64,000 bases of DNA from NCBI GenBank assembly GCA_036172245.1, contig JAYWIR010000002.1:806001-870000 (forward strand). Reading direction: 5' to 3'. Position 1 is the first letter of the stretch, and the number at the start of each line of letters is the position of its first letter. Positions 1-12,100 of this stretch are shown here, piece by piece. Position numbers and translations under genes: made by a program. This stretch comes from Raillietiella orientalis (lineage: Eukaryota). The notes beneath the pieces were generated by a model. The model was not told the origin of the DNA. It was given only the letters and a program-made list of their open reading frames with translations, and did no database searches.

Positions 1-3000
1 TGAGCCCAGGTGATGCAGGTCATGTAGATGATCGCTACACCTGGGCGCTGTAGACAAACGCGTGGCCCTAGGAAAACAGGAGGATCCCAGGACGGAGGAA
101 AGGAAGAGAAGAGAGAGGGGGATGGAGGAATGGAAGACGAGAAGGGGAAGAGGAGGAAGAGAGGAAGAGGAGGAGAGGTTCCTCTGGAAATTCCGATCTG
201 GGCGATGCGCTCGAGCGAGGAAAGGCAACGTGATCCCCTGGTTGCGGCAAAGCATGAATTCATCCTTCGCGCTCGCAGACACCGTACACGCAGGAAACGC
301 GCACCTCCATTTCGGACGGATGGCGCCTCCGGATGGTGCCCAACTCCGTTTCACCACGGGGCGTCCGGTCAAATGTCTGGTCTTTTCGCGGAAGGTGGCT
401 ATTCTCGCTGCATTTCGGTCTGGCAAGATCGGCGACAGTTTCCCCGGATGCGGCCCGGACAGCTTCGGGGCATGGAACGTTCCGCGTGTGTGGATGACAG
501 CGCCGCTCCACAAGGAACACCTTCCGCAGCCGACAAACTCAACACCCCGCGTGGCACGAGAGTTCCTGAGGGACGCAAGCCTGGGGGTCCGGACGCTCGC
601 CTTGAAGCCCGAACTGGGATGGTGGGGGAGCGGAGAGGGGGCGAATTTCGTATCCAAGCCAGGTCCTATCGGTCATCCCAGCAAGGGTAGCGTCCACGAA
701 GGGGATGAAACGGTTTTCCCCATGAAGCTGAGAGGACTGACCACGCTTCCTGGGCGAGCACGTCCACGGGGAACGTGGGGCTTTCTCAAAACTAGGTTTC
801 CTGCCCCAGCGCGTTCGCTGAAACCTTGCTAAAAGGGAACGCGACTGCTCAGTGCCGCCCCAAAGGATCTCCCGGGAACGTCCGCAGTGTTTGGGAGGAA
901 GATGCTTGAGAGCTTGCATCCTCCAGGATTCGGAAGGGGGGCGCTTCATATGCTGCGCGCACGTGGTTAGCTTGACGGAGACCTCTTCAACGTGCGCTCC
1001 TTATCCTCCTTCGTTCTGATTGGGAAGGTGGGCAAACAGCATCCTTGGGTGCCCCTGTGACCCCGTGCTCCGGATATGTGCTTGTCAGATGGACCCTTGC
1101 CAGACTTCTGCTGACGCAAAATAATTTGAGCAGTCTCATTTCCTTTCAAGGTCCCCATTCTGGAGATTTTCTCTTGAATTTGTCCTTCGGCTATTCCCCC
1201 CCCATTCTCTCTCTCCCGTGAGGAGCTCGTCTGTGCAGAGAAAGTGTGGTAGGAGACCACTACCTGGTTTCCAAGAGCTGGGGAACCACTTCAGTTCTTG
1301 CTGATCAGCCGCCTCTAGACCCCGTTGCTCCTCTGCGATCATTCTTTTCCGCCTCGTGTCCCTTTATGGATGATGTGGCCCGTTGCTTTCTTCCGCATCA
1401 GGGGGCAGGAGTGAGACTGAGGGCGTAAACTCGTTGGTTTGGGCACACTCCCGGCTACGAGGAGCGAACTCACCGAGTTCTTGCACCAGGATATGCTCCC
1501 TTCCAAGTCACAGGCTGAAAGGAAGCGAATCCTCGTGGCCTCTGACTTTGCTGTCTTCTGGATGGATTCTGAGCCCCTCCAAATTGTTCGTTCTCGGTCG
1601 AAAACGTTTCTGTCCTCGCTGTTGTTTCCTCAGCTGCCCACGTTTCTACGGAATTTGTGCTCCCCTTGTCCTACTTTCGGACCTTCTATCTTGCCCTACA
1701 AAGTGGCTATGTAGGCGCTGACCCTATGCAAAGCACAAAGACGATGAAGATCTCCATGTTTATCCTAATTCTAGATCCAAGGATGAAAAGGACTACGGAG
1801 TCCTTTCCAATATAAGTATCAGTTTGTGGCGAATAAGCCTCGGGCTGATTACTATCAGCCCTAATCACATAAGAGATGAAGTATCCAACAGCGTTACTCT
1901 CATTTCTCCGAAAGCTGCGCCGCCAAAGGTTTGCTGTGCGCCATAATTGATGCAGGGAGAAGCTTGAAGTAATAGCTCAAAATTTAACCGATCCTGGCCG
2001 AATCAAACTTGTAATTGATTCCCTAACTGACCCCGAAAAATCCCAAATTTTCGCTAGATTTTACACCTCTTGCCCTCAAATTCGCATAAATCATGAATTA
2101 TGCACGTTTCACTCGAGGGATTTTTCGATAGTAGTTTTCTGATATTTAATCAATAGGCATAAAATTCATCGTCTCCTATGCTTGATTCGTCTATAAATAC
2201 TAAATCTTCTTCTTTTATTTTCGCTGGGGGAAATGTATTCTTAAAATATTTTCAGTATTAACTAAATAAATTTTAAATTTAATTTTTGCATAACGCTATA
2301 AAAAAAATAAATATTGAATAGTACCTACTTGCTTATATATTCAGTATAAAAAGTGTGCAGTTTACGTGAATGTACAAAGCATAATAAAGGGACTGCAGGA
2401 CTGATTTATCGCGAGCGTGCTTTGTGGTTTCAAATTCCACGTCAAGGTCTTCACACGCTGCTCGACTGCAGAAGGTTTCTACGAGCCTATCTATACTTCG
2501 CTTTACTTGCATAGTCCTTTCATAACTATCTAAATTGTCGATTTCTTCGTCAATCCGAGTTTAAATATCCTGAAGGGCTTTTAAATAGTCTTGAACGTAC
2601 TGCGTTATGTCTTTCTCTTTGGCCCGGGCGTTCCCCGAGATCGCTTTGGATAGCCAGGAGCCATCGCCATTTGCTACCAGGTCGCAAAGAGCAATGCGCT
2701 GGAAAACAGCAGATCGGAAGAGCGGATAGGGAAGAAGCAAATGGGTAAAGATATTTGAAGCTTCTCCGTTATCAGACGAAACCATGGATGAAATCACCAT
2801 CGTGAGGTGTAGAGTGGATCGGTGCTTCACAGACTTGGCTGCTATGACACCAGCAGGTAGGAGGACCGCGTCTCGGAGCGATGAAAAAATGAACCGGAAG
2901 GTAGACTTTTCGGATTTCGGGTAGGAGAAAGGGAGGGAGTTTGGAGGATCTAATGGCAACATCGACAGCATTTCAGGGCAGTTGACAGAATCTTGGTTCT

Positions 3001-5999
3001 TCCGCCTGTGCGGGTGAACGGTTCTCTCGTCAGGAGGCACGGTAAACACGCGGCTGATACTCGATCCCGCGGGATGAGCGGGCTTTGGCAGCGCCGTGCA
3101 CGCCGCACGCTTCCCCGGGAACAGCATAAGAATCTACCGATACTGAAATTCCCTTTTTCTGTTTAAGGGGAGTCTCCGGAGAAGTGTTCGGCTTTCCGGG
3201 GACCTCCTCCAGAAAGCGACTCCAAAGGTTCAGTAGTCAGGTTCACCGCTGGAAGAGGACCCGGGAAGTTCCGCGTAAGGAGTCACCGGGAGGGAGTTCG
3301 GCCCTCCGGCACTTGGCAGACAGACCTCGGCCAGCAGCACGCCTCAAAGAACCTCCGGGGAAGAGACTTGGTCTGCGAAGGAGCACCACTCGTGCTCAAC
3401 TTTCGGCGCAGAGATGCGTGAGAGATCCCTCTCCACCGCGCGGCTTCGATCAAGGAAAGCGCGCGCCTTGGGCGGGGATGCAGCGCAGCGCATCGGGGGG
3501 GGGACTTCTTCGACGAAAAGCCTCACCTACGCGGCGCCGCTCAGCCCCACGAGGGTGCGTCGCCCACCGGGAACGGCGCACGCAGGACGCGTCGAAGGCA
3601 CACGGCGCCATACTCCCGGCTCGGAGCTGCAAGGAGAGAGGTGAGTTGTCGATCTGGGCGTGTTATCCGTCCATTCGACGCCTCCCCAGTTGCTTTTCGG
3701 GAGGACGAACTGAGGGAAGAAAGGAGTATGCGGACGACGAGCTCCCGCTTCTCCGTCCAAGATGTCTCTGTCCCCGAGGGAGCTCAGGACGCTGCAACAG
3801 CAGCAGGTCAGCAAGGGACCCGCCTGCTCCCGTGTCCAATCCTCTTGTGGAACCATTGCCTCAGGCATTGCATGTGAAGCAGGGACCTTTGCCCAGTCGA
3901 GGGAATGGATGAAAAAGAGATGGAAGCGGTGGCTATCCCCTTCTCCCTCACATAATGTATAAAATCAGAAGTAGATATTTCGCTCGAAAAGGGGAAGAGG
4001 AAAGAGGAAGTCTCCGGGGTGCTTTCTGGGACCGGCGAGAGAGGAAAAGGTCCTCAGTGCGAGCTTGGACACAAGAGCTCTGAATTCATCCTTCGTCACC
4101 AAGAAGGGCAGCACTGCAACAGAAAACAAAAGAGCAGAAATCTGGTCTCTTGCGCTAGACCGGTTGCCTACCTGAGGACCGCCTACAGGGGATTTGGAAG
4201 GGGAAGAGAGGTGGGACGGGTAGTGGTCCCGAGCTTCCAAGATATCTTCTGCTTATATCCTTCTTCCCGTACTGAGAGAAAGGGATCCTGGATTGCGATC
4301 CGGTGAGAACGCGACCCTCGCCCTACCACGAAAAGGGGAGTGGAGGGTGATGAACCGGCAAAGCGAGGGCGCGCAAGTCTGACCCCCGGCGCTATAGCTT
4401 GCGGTCTTCTCGACAGGATCGGCTCCATTTTGGAAAAAGGCACGGGAAAAGTTTGCAGAAATGGCGGTTGGAGGTGGCGCCAGGGTGCCATTTCGCCTCG
4501 CTCCCTTCATTTCGAGGAATAGGGAAGGGAGGGGGTGGAGATCGTTCAGGGAAGTACCTGGATCTCCTGATGCCTGCAGGAAGTTCTCTCGAGAAGCACA
4601 CCCCCTAGAAAAGGCTCTTCGGGAAGTGCTGGAGCGATTCTGGCTTTCAGGGGCAATCTTCGTTCTCACGCACACTGTCACTTCGGCGCAGGAACACTAA
4701 TGGGGAACTTAAGGAGGACTCCTTTCCCGGAGCGACGCGTCGCCACGGTCACCTTCAGGGACCCGGTGATTCGGAGGAGGGGTGGAGAGATCCGTACCAG
4801 CTCCATGGAAGCTTCCAGAAAATCTCGCAGAAGCCGCAATGCAGGGACAAGGGACTCGCGTGTCGGTGGAAAGAGGTCAGGGGAGGTCAGGGAACTCCAC
4901 AATCGGAGCCGGAGTGATAGGAAATGGTCGACTCGACGTGAGGAAGGCGGGAAGAGCACGGAGCTGCGGGAGACTTGGGAGATCGAGATGATGTCATCAT
5001 GGAAACGGAAGAAAGGGCAAGGAAGGGCGAGTGTGGGAGTCTCGTCCATCATTCCACCTCCTCTCCTCCTTCCGAAAACTTTCCTGAAAGCAAAGGAAGA
5101 TGCTGCCTCATGGTTCGCCACCCCTCTGCGAGAGAAGCGCCCTCACCCGCAGCTCTCGTTTCCACGTGCGGAAGGCTTAGAGGGAGAGGGCGCGGTTTGC
5201 GCCTCCCTCTCTCCCACATCCGCCGGGCACACACGCGGAGAGGGGGCTGGTGATCTGAGGGGAGAGCGCCAGAGCTCCCGGTTGTCCCGCCGCGTGTAAA
5301 CAAGGCGCGCGGCAGCCCGCTTTAACGAGGGGCGCGCAGGGTACTTCGGGTGTGTTTCTTACAAGCGTCAACCCGGCATCTGAAGGGGACCGCCGACGGG
5401 CGTCCGCGCCCTGAGTCAGCGAGGTTCCGAGGGCAAGGACGGAAGTGAAGCCGAGGAGGGAGGCGGCAGCGCTGTCGGAGCGATCACGTGACGGGTGGAA
5501 TCGTCGCCTCCACCAAAGGCGGGAAGAGCGAAGGGTGCGCGCAGGGTGCGTCGGGAAGAGAAGACGCCCGTCGACGGCTTCACCTGGGGACGGCGGCTGA
5601 GGCGGCGGCGCCACGCCGCTCGTAGTGGCAACGATGGCGGACGCACCTGTCGCCGCCGCTGGGGGCGAGGTCAGAGAGGGAGGTGGAAGGTTGCTTCTCT
5701 CCTACCAGCAAGAGCACGTGGGAAATTGGTTGGGGGGAGGGGGGAGGACGGGGCAACGAAGCCATGGGGCGCGAAACTGGAGGACGAGAGTCAGAAAGGA
5801 AACAGGGATCGAGACACCGCCAGCGCCCTAAGGAAAGGATGAGTCAGTTTTCACGGTCGTCGAAGAGAGATTGCCCCCCCCTCGGCGAACGGATGGACGA
5901 GAGCGTCCTGGAAAGAATGCTCGGAGGGAACGCGCGCCAGCTCTTCTGCGGCCATTGCAAGCCACGGATAGTGGCGCCCTGAAGGGGCGAGAGGGACAC

Positions 6000-7250
6000 T
6001 CTGCAGTGACGGCGTGTGCGGCCCCTAGGGAGAATAATCCTCATCCCGCAAGGGCCGGGGAACGTAGTCTTTAGTAACCTCCGCGCAAGGAGCCCGAGTC
6101 TACGAGGCATGAGACCCTGGACCATCCACTGGATCCACGAGAAGCGGCAGAACGGGAGAGTATCCGCTCCAGGATCGGAGGGATTCGGGAGCAGACAGAG
6201 GTCCTGGAAGAAGAACTTTTCCGGATGTCTTCGGAGCGGTCCGGAACCCTCCGCACGTGCCTTTCTAGCTGCAAGGACAAGAAAGGCGCGCACGCGCTTT
6301 CTTCTGTTGGTCGCCTGGGGCAATACCAGACGACCACCAAGCTGACCTCGACACGTCCACTTCTCCCTCCAGAGGAGGATCAACCAGAGCTTCACTCGCG
6401 GTGGCGCTGGTTATCGGATGAAACACGTCGTCCCTGTACTTGCTTGATGACCTGGCTGAAGCTAGCTTGGAGGTGGTCAGGGCGAGTGGAGCAGCTGCTG
6501 GGCGAAACCCGGGAGGGGACGACGGCTAGTGGAACCCAGCGGCCTTCCAAAGGCTTGGTCCGGGCGCACCCAGCGGGTATCTTTTCCCTCTCTTCCTCTC
6601 TCTATGCGGGCGCGTTTCTGCCTGCTCGCCTCTGCCGCATCCCGCCCTGGGTCCCTTTTTTAGTCGTGACTTTCACCGACGACCTTTCCTCAGCCTGTGG
6701 GGGAAGGAGAATCCCTAAAAAGGCCTCCAGGCTAGGTCTCGTCCCTTCGCGTAGGCGGAGAGGGGAAGAAGAAAGCGTTCTGCTCGCAGCCCCCCAGAAC
6801 CAGAGCGTGAGAGATCCTTGATCTCTGCATCTCCCTGCTGTTGGTCGCTCCCGCCACCCCATAAAGCCTAGGTCCCGCCTCTGGGCCGTTCCTCTAGCGG
6901 CAGACTGGGTTGTTCCTTGTTGTCCCTGGAGTTTTCCGATTCTCGTTTGAAGGGCCGGCTCAAGAAAAATCATCTGCAAGATTGAAGCTGCGATCGATGA
7001 GGAAGGATCTGTTGAACGGGCATGGAAAATTATGTTCCCAAAGAGGCCTCCTAAGTAGTCATCGCGTGTCCAGAGGGATTGCGCCCTTCCTGGGCCTTGA
7101 GAGGCTTACTTCCCTCAGGAGGTTGGATGCTCAAGGGATACTGGAGGAGCGTTCTCCCTCCTGCAACCGGGTGGAGGGTCCGTCCTTGGTAAAGCTCTAT
7201 ATCCGTTGCTGGGAAGCGAGAGGTAGACGCATGCTCCAGGCTTCCCATTG
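6000..7250 (+). mobile_element. Possible heavily decayed L1/Tx1-like reverse transcriptase remnant
   Basis: Degenerate motifs in the right order: ARAFLAAR (like QxAFxxGR), LSSSLYA (like LSPxLY), FTDDL (like YADD), SRLGL, then W..G. Each is individually weak. Confidence 0.3.
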
Positions 7251-8680
7251 CCCCCTTCCTCAGTTATCCAAGTGCCCCCGATTGACCAGAGAAAATCCGC
7301 CACAGTGTTCATGGAAGGTTCTAGGAAAGTCTTCTGCAGCGAAGATCGGGAGAAGAGCGAAATCGGAGCTATCGTCGGCCGTCTGGAATTTAGGGAGAGA
7401 TCCCAAGACAAAGCGAAGCACAGACTTTCCCGGAAGTCTGGATCCCGTTCCGCGTAGGGCCCGGAACACATGGAGCGCGGGTCTCGATTCGACGCTCCAC
7501 TACCACCTCCGTCCACGGGGTGGTCCGTGGGTCAGAAAAACTCCCAATGTCCCCCTCCCTGCGCCTCGCCTCCCCCTCCATCTCGGTATCCAAGCAGACG
7601 CGAGAGGCGGCGAGAAGATGAGGTTTCCTCCTTGCCCCACCGCTTCCTACCGGCAGCGCTTCCTCCTCCTCCTCCCCCGCCATTTTTCAACCGCTATCGC
7701 GAACGCGGATCTGCGCGCGAGTTCCCAGGAAAAGGATCCATCTTCCCGGATCGACGAAAAGATAAACGCGTGGGGGCAGCGCAGGTGCCCCGGCTTCGCT
7801 CAGCCCCGAGCCGAGGTCCCTCGACTGGCCGTTCGCTCGCTTATCTGCCCGAGATTAACGCTTTCGACGTGGGGAGGAGGGTCGGTGGCGCCTCCTCCGC
7901 ACGGTAGCCGGAGAGGTGCCTCCGCGGACAGGCGGTCCTCGTTATCGTGGTTTCATCTGCCCGTCCAATCGAGCACGGCATCTTCCCCGTTAGGAAACGC
8001 GGCGGCGCTGGCTGCCGCCATTTAGATGGGAGGGGGAGATTTCGCTCCTCGCAGCAGCATGTGGCGGGGCGGCCGCTGCTGTCCATCGCCGTCCCTGCTT
8101 GCGTCCTCCTTCTTCGTCAAGAAATTTCGCCCCTCTGAACTTCCCTCGACCCTCCGTCTTTTTTCGCTCACAGGAAACTTTCGCCCTGCAAAGCGCGCGC
8201 GCGAGCTCCAGACTTTCTGGGATCTCGGAGGCAGCCTGCCCGCCTGGAAGAAGATGAGGGAGAAAGGGAGATAAAATGGCAAAGGAACTACGTGCGCTGG
8301 CCCGCGAATCGGGCGCTTCCGTCTCTGGGAGAACTTGGCTGTCCCAAAGAAGTCTCCTGGAGGGGGAAACTCCGGTGGCCCCGACCGGTCTCGCGGTTTT
8401 CCCTGGAAGGACGCTCCTCCCCGCCTCCGGTCTGGGAACGCCGAGCATGTCAGACGGATGACTGGTTCCCGATGATCGAATAGGGTAGGGCAGGGAGATC
8501 CTCCTAGAGGGCTTCCAGATGTTCCACAATTCGGAGGCAGAGCTTTCGCAAGGATGCCTTCGTCGGCAGCCAGCGGTAGGCGCCTTCTGCCTCCCCACGG
8601 TGGCAGCAGCAGCAGCAGCAGCCCCTCCCCGACGGCTGACCCGGGAAAGGGAATCTCAACGGCCGTAAAGAGTCACGTGT

Positions 8681-8686
8681 TTTATT
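8681..8686 (-). promoter_or_regulatory. Candidate polyadenylation signal of ap paralog 1
   Basis: AATAAA on the minus strand about 200 nt after the stop, followed downstream by nothing coding. Confidence 0.45.
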
Positions 8687-8883
8687 GACTACCACTAGGA
8701 AAAAAACGGAAGCTGGTGCTTCCAGCTAGGAAGCCCTAGTTTGGAACCACCTTTGTCCTGGGTCGCTTCCTCAGGATACGAACGGGCCAACGGGAGGGGA
8801 AAAAGGGGCGGGGGCGGGAGGGAGAGAGAGAGAAAAAGGAAAGAGTGCTCGTCCACGTGTGCCCGGCCACTCGCTCCCCGTCA

Positions 8884-9123
8884 TTAGCCGAACAGCTCGC
8901 TGAATTCTTTCACAGAGGACTCTTCCACCTTGCCCTTCTGCGTGAGGCAGTTTGTGATATCCAGAAACTGAGCGTTCTTCGTGATTCCTCCCTTCACTGC
9001 CTCCCCGGGGATCTCCGAGCCTGGAGAAGGGGAGGACTTCTCGGAGGAGCTCCTTGACTGACGAAGAGCTTCTTGTCTCATAATAGTTCGGCGCCATTTA
9101 GCCCTGGCGTTTTGGAACCACAC
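8884..9123 (-). CDS. ap: ap paralog 1, terminal exon (VWFQNARAKWRRTIMRQE...ELFG*)
   Basis: Acceptor CTCTTTCAG|GTG, recognition helix WFQN, TAA stop at 8884-8886. Confidence 0.93.
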   Translation of the reverse strand: MWFQNARAKWRRTIMRQEALRQSRSSSEKSSPSPGSEIPGEAVKGGITKNAQFLDITNCLTQKGKVEESSVKEFSELFG

Positions 9124-12100
9124 CTGAAAGAGGGATGCGGTCTCTCTCTGCAGCCTGGCCTGGACGTGCGCGCTCGCCGCAGCGTTCTCCCATGGGGAAC
9201 GGGGACGCTCCCCGAAGGGCAACTAGTCCCTTTCCCCCCCTCCCTCCCCTGCCGGGAGAGGAACGCTCCTTTTCCGTTTGCGCTTGCGATCATGGGACGG
9301 TGTTGGCAGGGATGAACTTACCTGAAGCACTCGCTTTGAGAGTTGGGTCTTCTGGGACAACTGCTTCAGGTCCTTCGCGTCCGGGTTCTGGTTTATGGCG
9401 AAGTAGGCCTTCATGGTGCGTAGCTGGTGGTGCTTAAAAGACGTCCTCATTCTTTTCGTGCGCTGCACGGGATGTTGGCCACTGATGTTCCCAGGACTGA
9501 GGGACATGTCGAATGAGAAGCCCTCCATGGTCGGAACTCCATTGCCTCCACTCCCGGGAGAAGATAGTTCTGGAAGGAGAGCGGAAGGCTTAGCGTCCGC
9601 GTGCTCGGAGGCGGCAGCGACTGAGCGCATTTCTCCGAAAGGGGATGGAGGGAAGGAGAAGGGAACCAAGATGCCCCAAGAGTCGTCTGGCAAACGGTGA
9701 GTTCCTAGGCCCTAGGCTGAGGGGATCCATGCCAACAGAGTGGACCTCGACGAGAGTATCAACACCGTCTGGGAGACAGGGGAGCATGGGGAGGACTCTC
9801 AGCCACTCTTCTTCACTCTCGTCCTCCCACACGAGGGAGGAGAGGAGGAAGGACGTGCGGATGCGGCGCCTGTTCCTTCCCTCATTCCTTTTCCTCCATT
9901 CCTTCCTTCTTACCCCCCACCCTCGAGGCGGGGAGGGGCGGAGGATGGGGCGTCCCAGCCTCTGGTGCGAGGGCGGGGATTCGCATTCCCCGACGCCGCT
10001 GGAGCGCGAACTCCTCCGCGACTCGCGGTTGCATCCGAGCGTGAAACGCGGTTAGGAAGTGCGCGTCTTCCCGCGCGCCTTGCCTGGGGACTGCTCTTCC
10101 CCTTCTACCCAACTCTCCTCCTCGTCATCTCTTTCCTTTCTCCGACGCCCCCCTTCTCCCTCCATCTCCTCTCCTAAGCCGTAGCGCGCGCGCCCCTCTG
10201 CGACCTGAGGGGAGCGGAGATGTCGCCGTGAGTGGGAGGGAGGGAAGAGGACTCCTCGCGCGCGCGCCTCCTCCGGCAGCGGCAGGGAAAGGGAGAGAAT
10301 CACCAAAGGGGTCAAGGGGAAACGGGGGGGGGGAGAGAAACACAGCCCTCGGTCCGACTCCGTTGCTCTCCCTCTTTCCCATTGGAGCACGGGAGCTCGT
10401 TTCCCAGGAGACGCTCATCCGGACGTGGGGGTGAGGGGAGGGCGGGGCAGGGAAGAAAACGAGAGGAGTGGGACCGCGCTCCCTGGCAATTACGGCGTGC
10501 CTGTGCGTGACCGCGAGGGGGAGCGGAGGCGGTAACGAGGTGCCACTGGGAACCACGTGTGCCGCAGGAACCGGGAACCACGCAGCCGCCGCTACCCTCT
10601 CAAGGGACCTTGTCGCCGCCCCCGCTTTCGGTTCGGCTTCATTAGCGCTGTAATCGAAGAAGCGGCCGCCTTCCTTCCCGGGCGCTTCGTGCGCACTCAA
10701 CCGGAGGACGCTGATCGCGGGCGAGCGGGAGGACGCGGTGGCAGCACTGCCGCCGGGACCCCTCATTAGCGCACAGTTGCTGTCTGCCCAGAAGCGTCCG
10801 GCACCCAGACGCTTTCTTCCTCCTCCTCCTCCTCGTTCGCGCCTCCAGCTCTCTTCTTAGGGAGGACTCGCTCCGCAAGCGCCTTCTCCACTTCGGAACG
10901 CTCCCAGTTCTTCTTTTTCCGGGAGGCGCGAGCCACTTGGGGGGAAGTGTAGGGAGAGAGGGGGGAGGAAAAGGCTCTCCCTTTTCTCTCTCCCCATCCT
11001 CCGATGACTCTCCTTCGGGTCACGCTTCGCTGAAAGGTCGTTTCTCTCGTAGCAGCATTCCTGGGGTAAGACGAGTTCCAAGGGATCCCTAAAGCCCCCT
11101 TTCTCCAGGGTGAAGTCCTTTCTTTTCTTATTATTCTCGTTCCTCCTCTTCTCGTACCCCCGGAATGGTTTGAAAATCCCCGCCGGAGTCATTCTGAGAT
11201 CCTCCCGGAGGATGTCCTCCTTAGCGCACTCGAAGGAGAGGAACGTGTGTGGCAACCTCACCCACCCCTCACCACCCCTCGGCACTCCTCGGACATCGGT
11301 AGCGTCTCCTCCCTCTCCCTTCCCCCCCCCCCCTCTCCGGGGTGTGAGACTCAGTGGATCCCCTGCCTTGGAGCAGCGAGGAATATTCCGGGAATGGTTG
11401 ATGGGCATGGACTCCTCTGCGCTAGGGGTCTAGAGGGTGCCCCGTCGTTTCAGAGTGAAGTCGCGAGGAGCTTCTTCCTCTTTCTTTCTAATCGATATGG
11501 GAGTTTTCTGGATCCCGGAAACGAAAGCAGAAATGGAAAAAGACAGAGAAAGGGGGACGGATGCGGGAAGCAGCAGTTGTGCCTCATCTGGGGGAGGAAG
11601 TCTCTCTCCCTTCCATGTCGTTCCTTTACCCCTCCCGCCTTCATTTCCCGATTACCAGACCGAAGGAAGGGGAGATCAGCCGACCAGTCCTTCCCACTTC
11701 CTTCTTCTCTTTCACTCCTTTCGACCTCCCCTCCCCCGTCTCTAGATAGGACTCCGCGCTATTCGGGGGTGGAGCGACTCACGGTTCTAGAGACGGGTTT
11801 TCTCCCAGGTGATCAAGTAGGGGATTATCCAATGGGGGAGAACTCTAAGCCAACAACCCGCTGTTTCCCAGGCAACTCTCGTCGTTCCCTTCTTCCCCAA
11901 GACGGAAGTGTCAGTACGCTCTCATGTCACTGCGAGCGCGCGCACGAAGCCCTCGCAAGAAGGGCTAGGTTGAGGTGGGGTGGGAGGAGCTTTTCCCTCC
12001 TCCTTCCCGGAAGGAACGTTCGGCTTTCCCGGAAGGAGGAGGAGGGGAGCAAGGGTTCCCCGTGCTTACCTATGGGATGGATCGGCACGTCGTTACTTGT

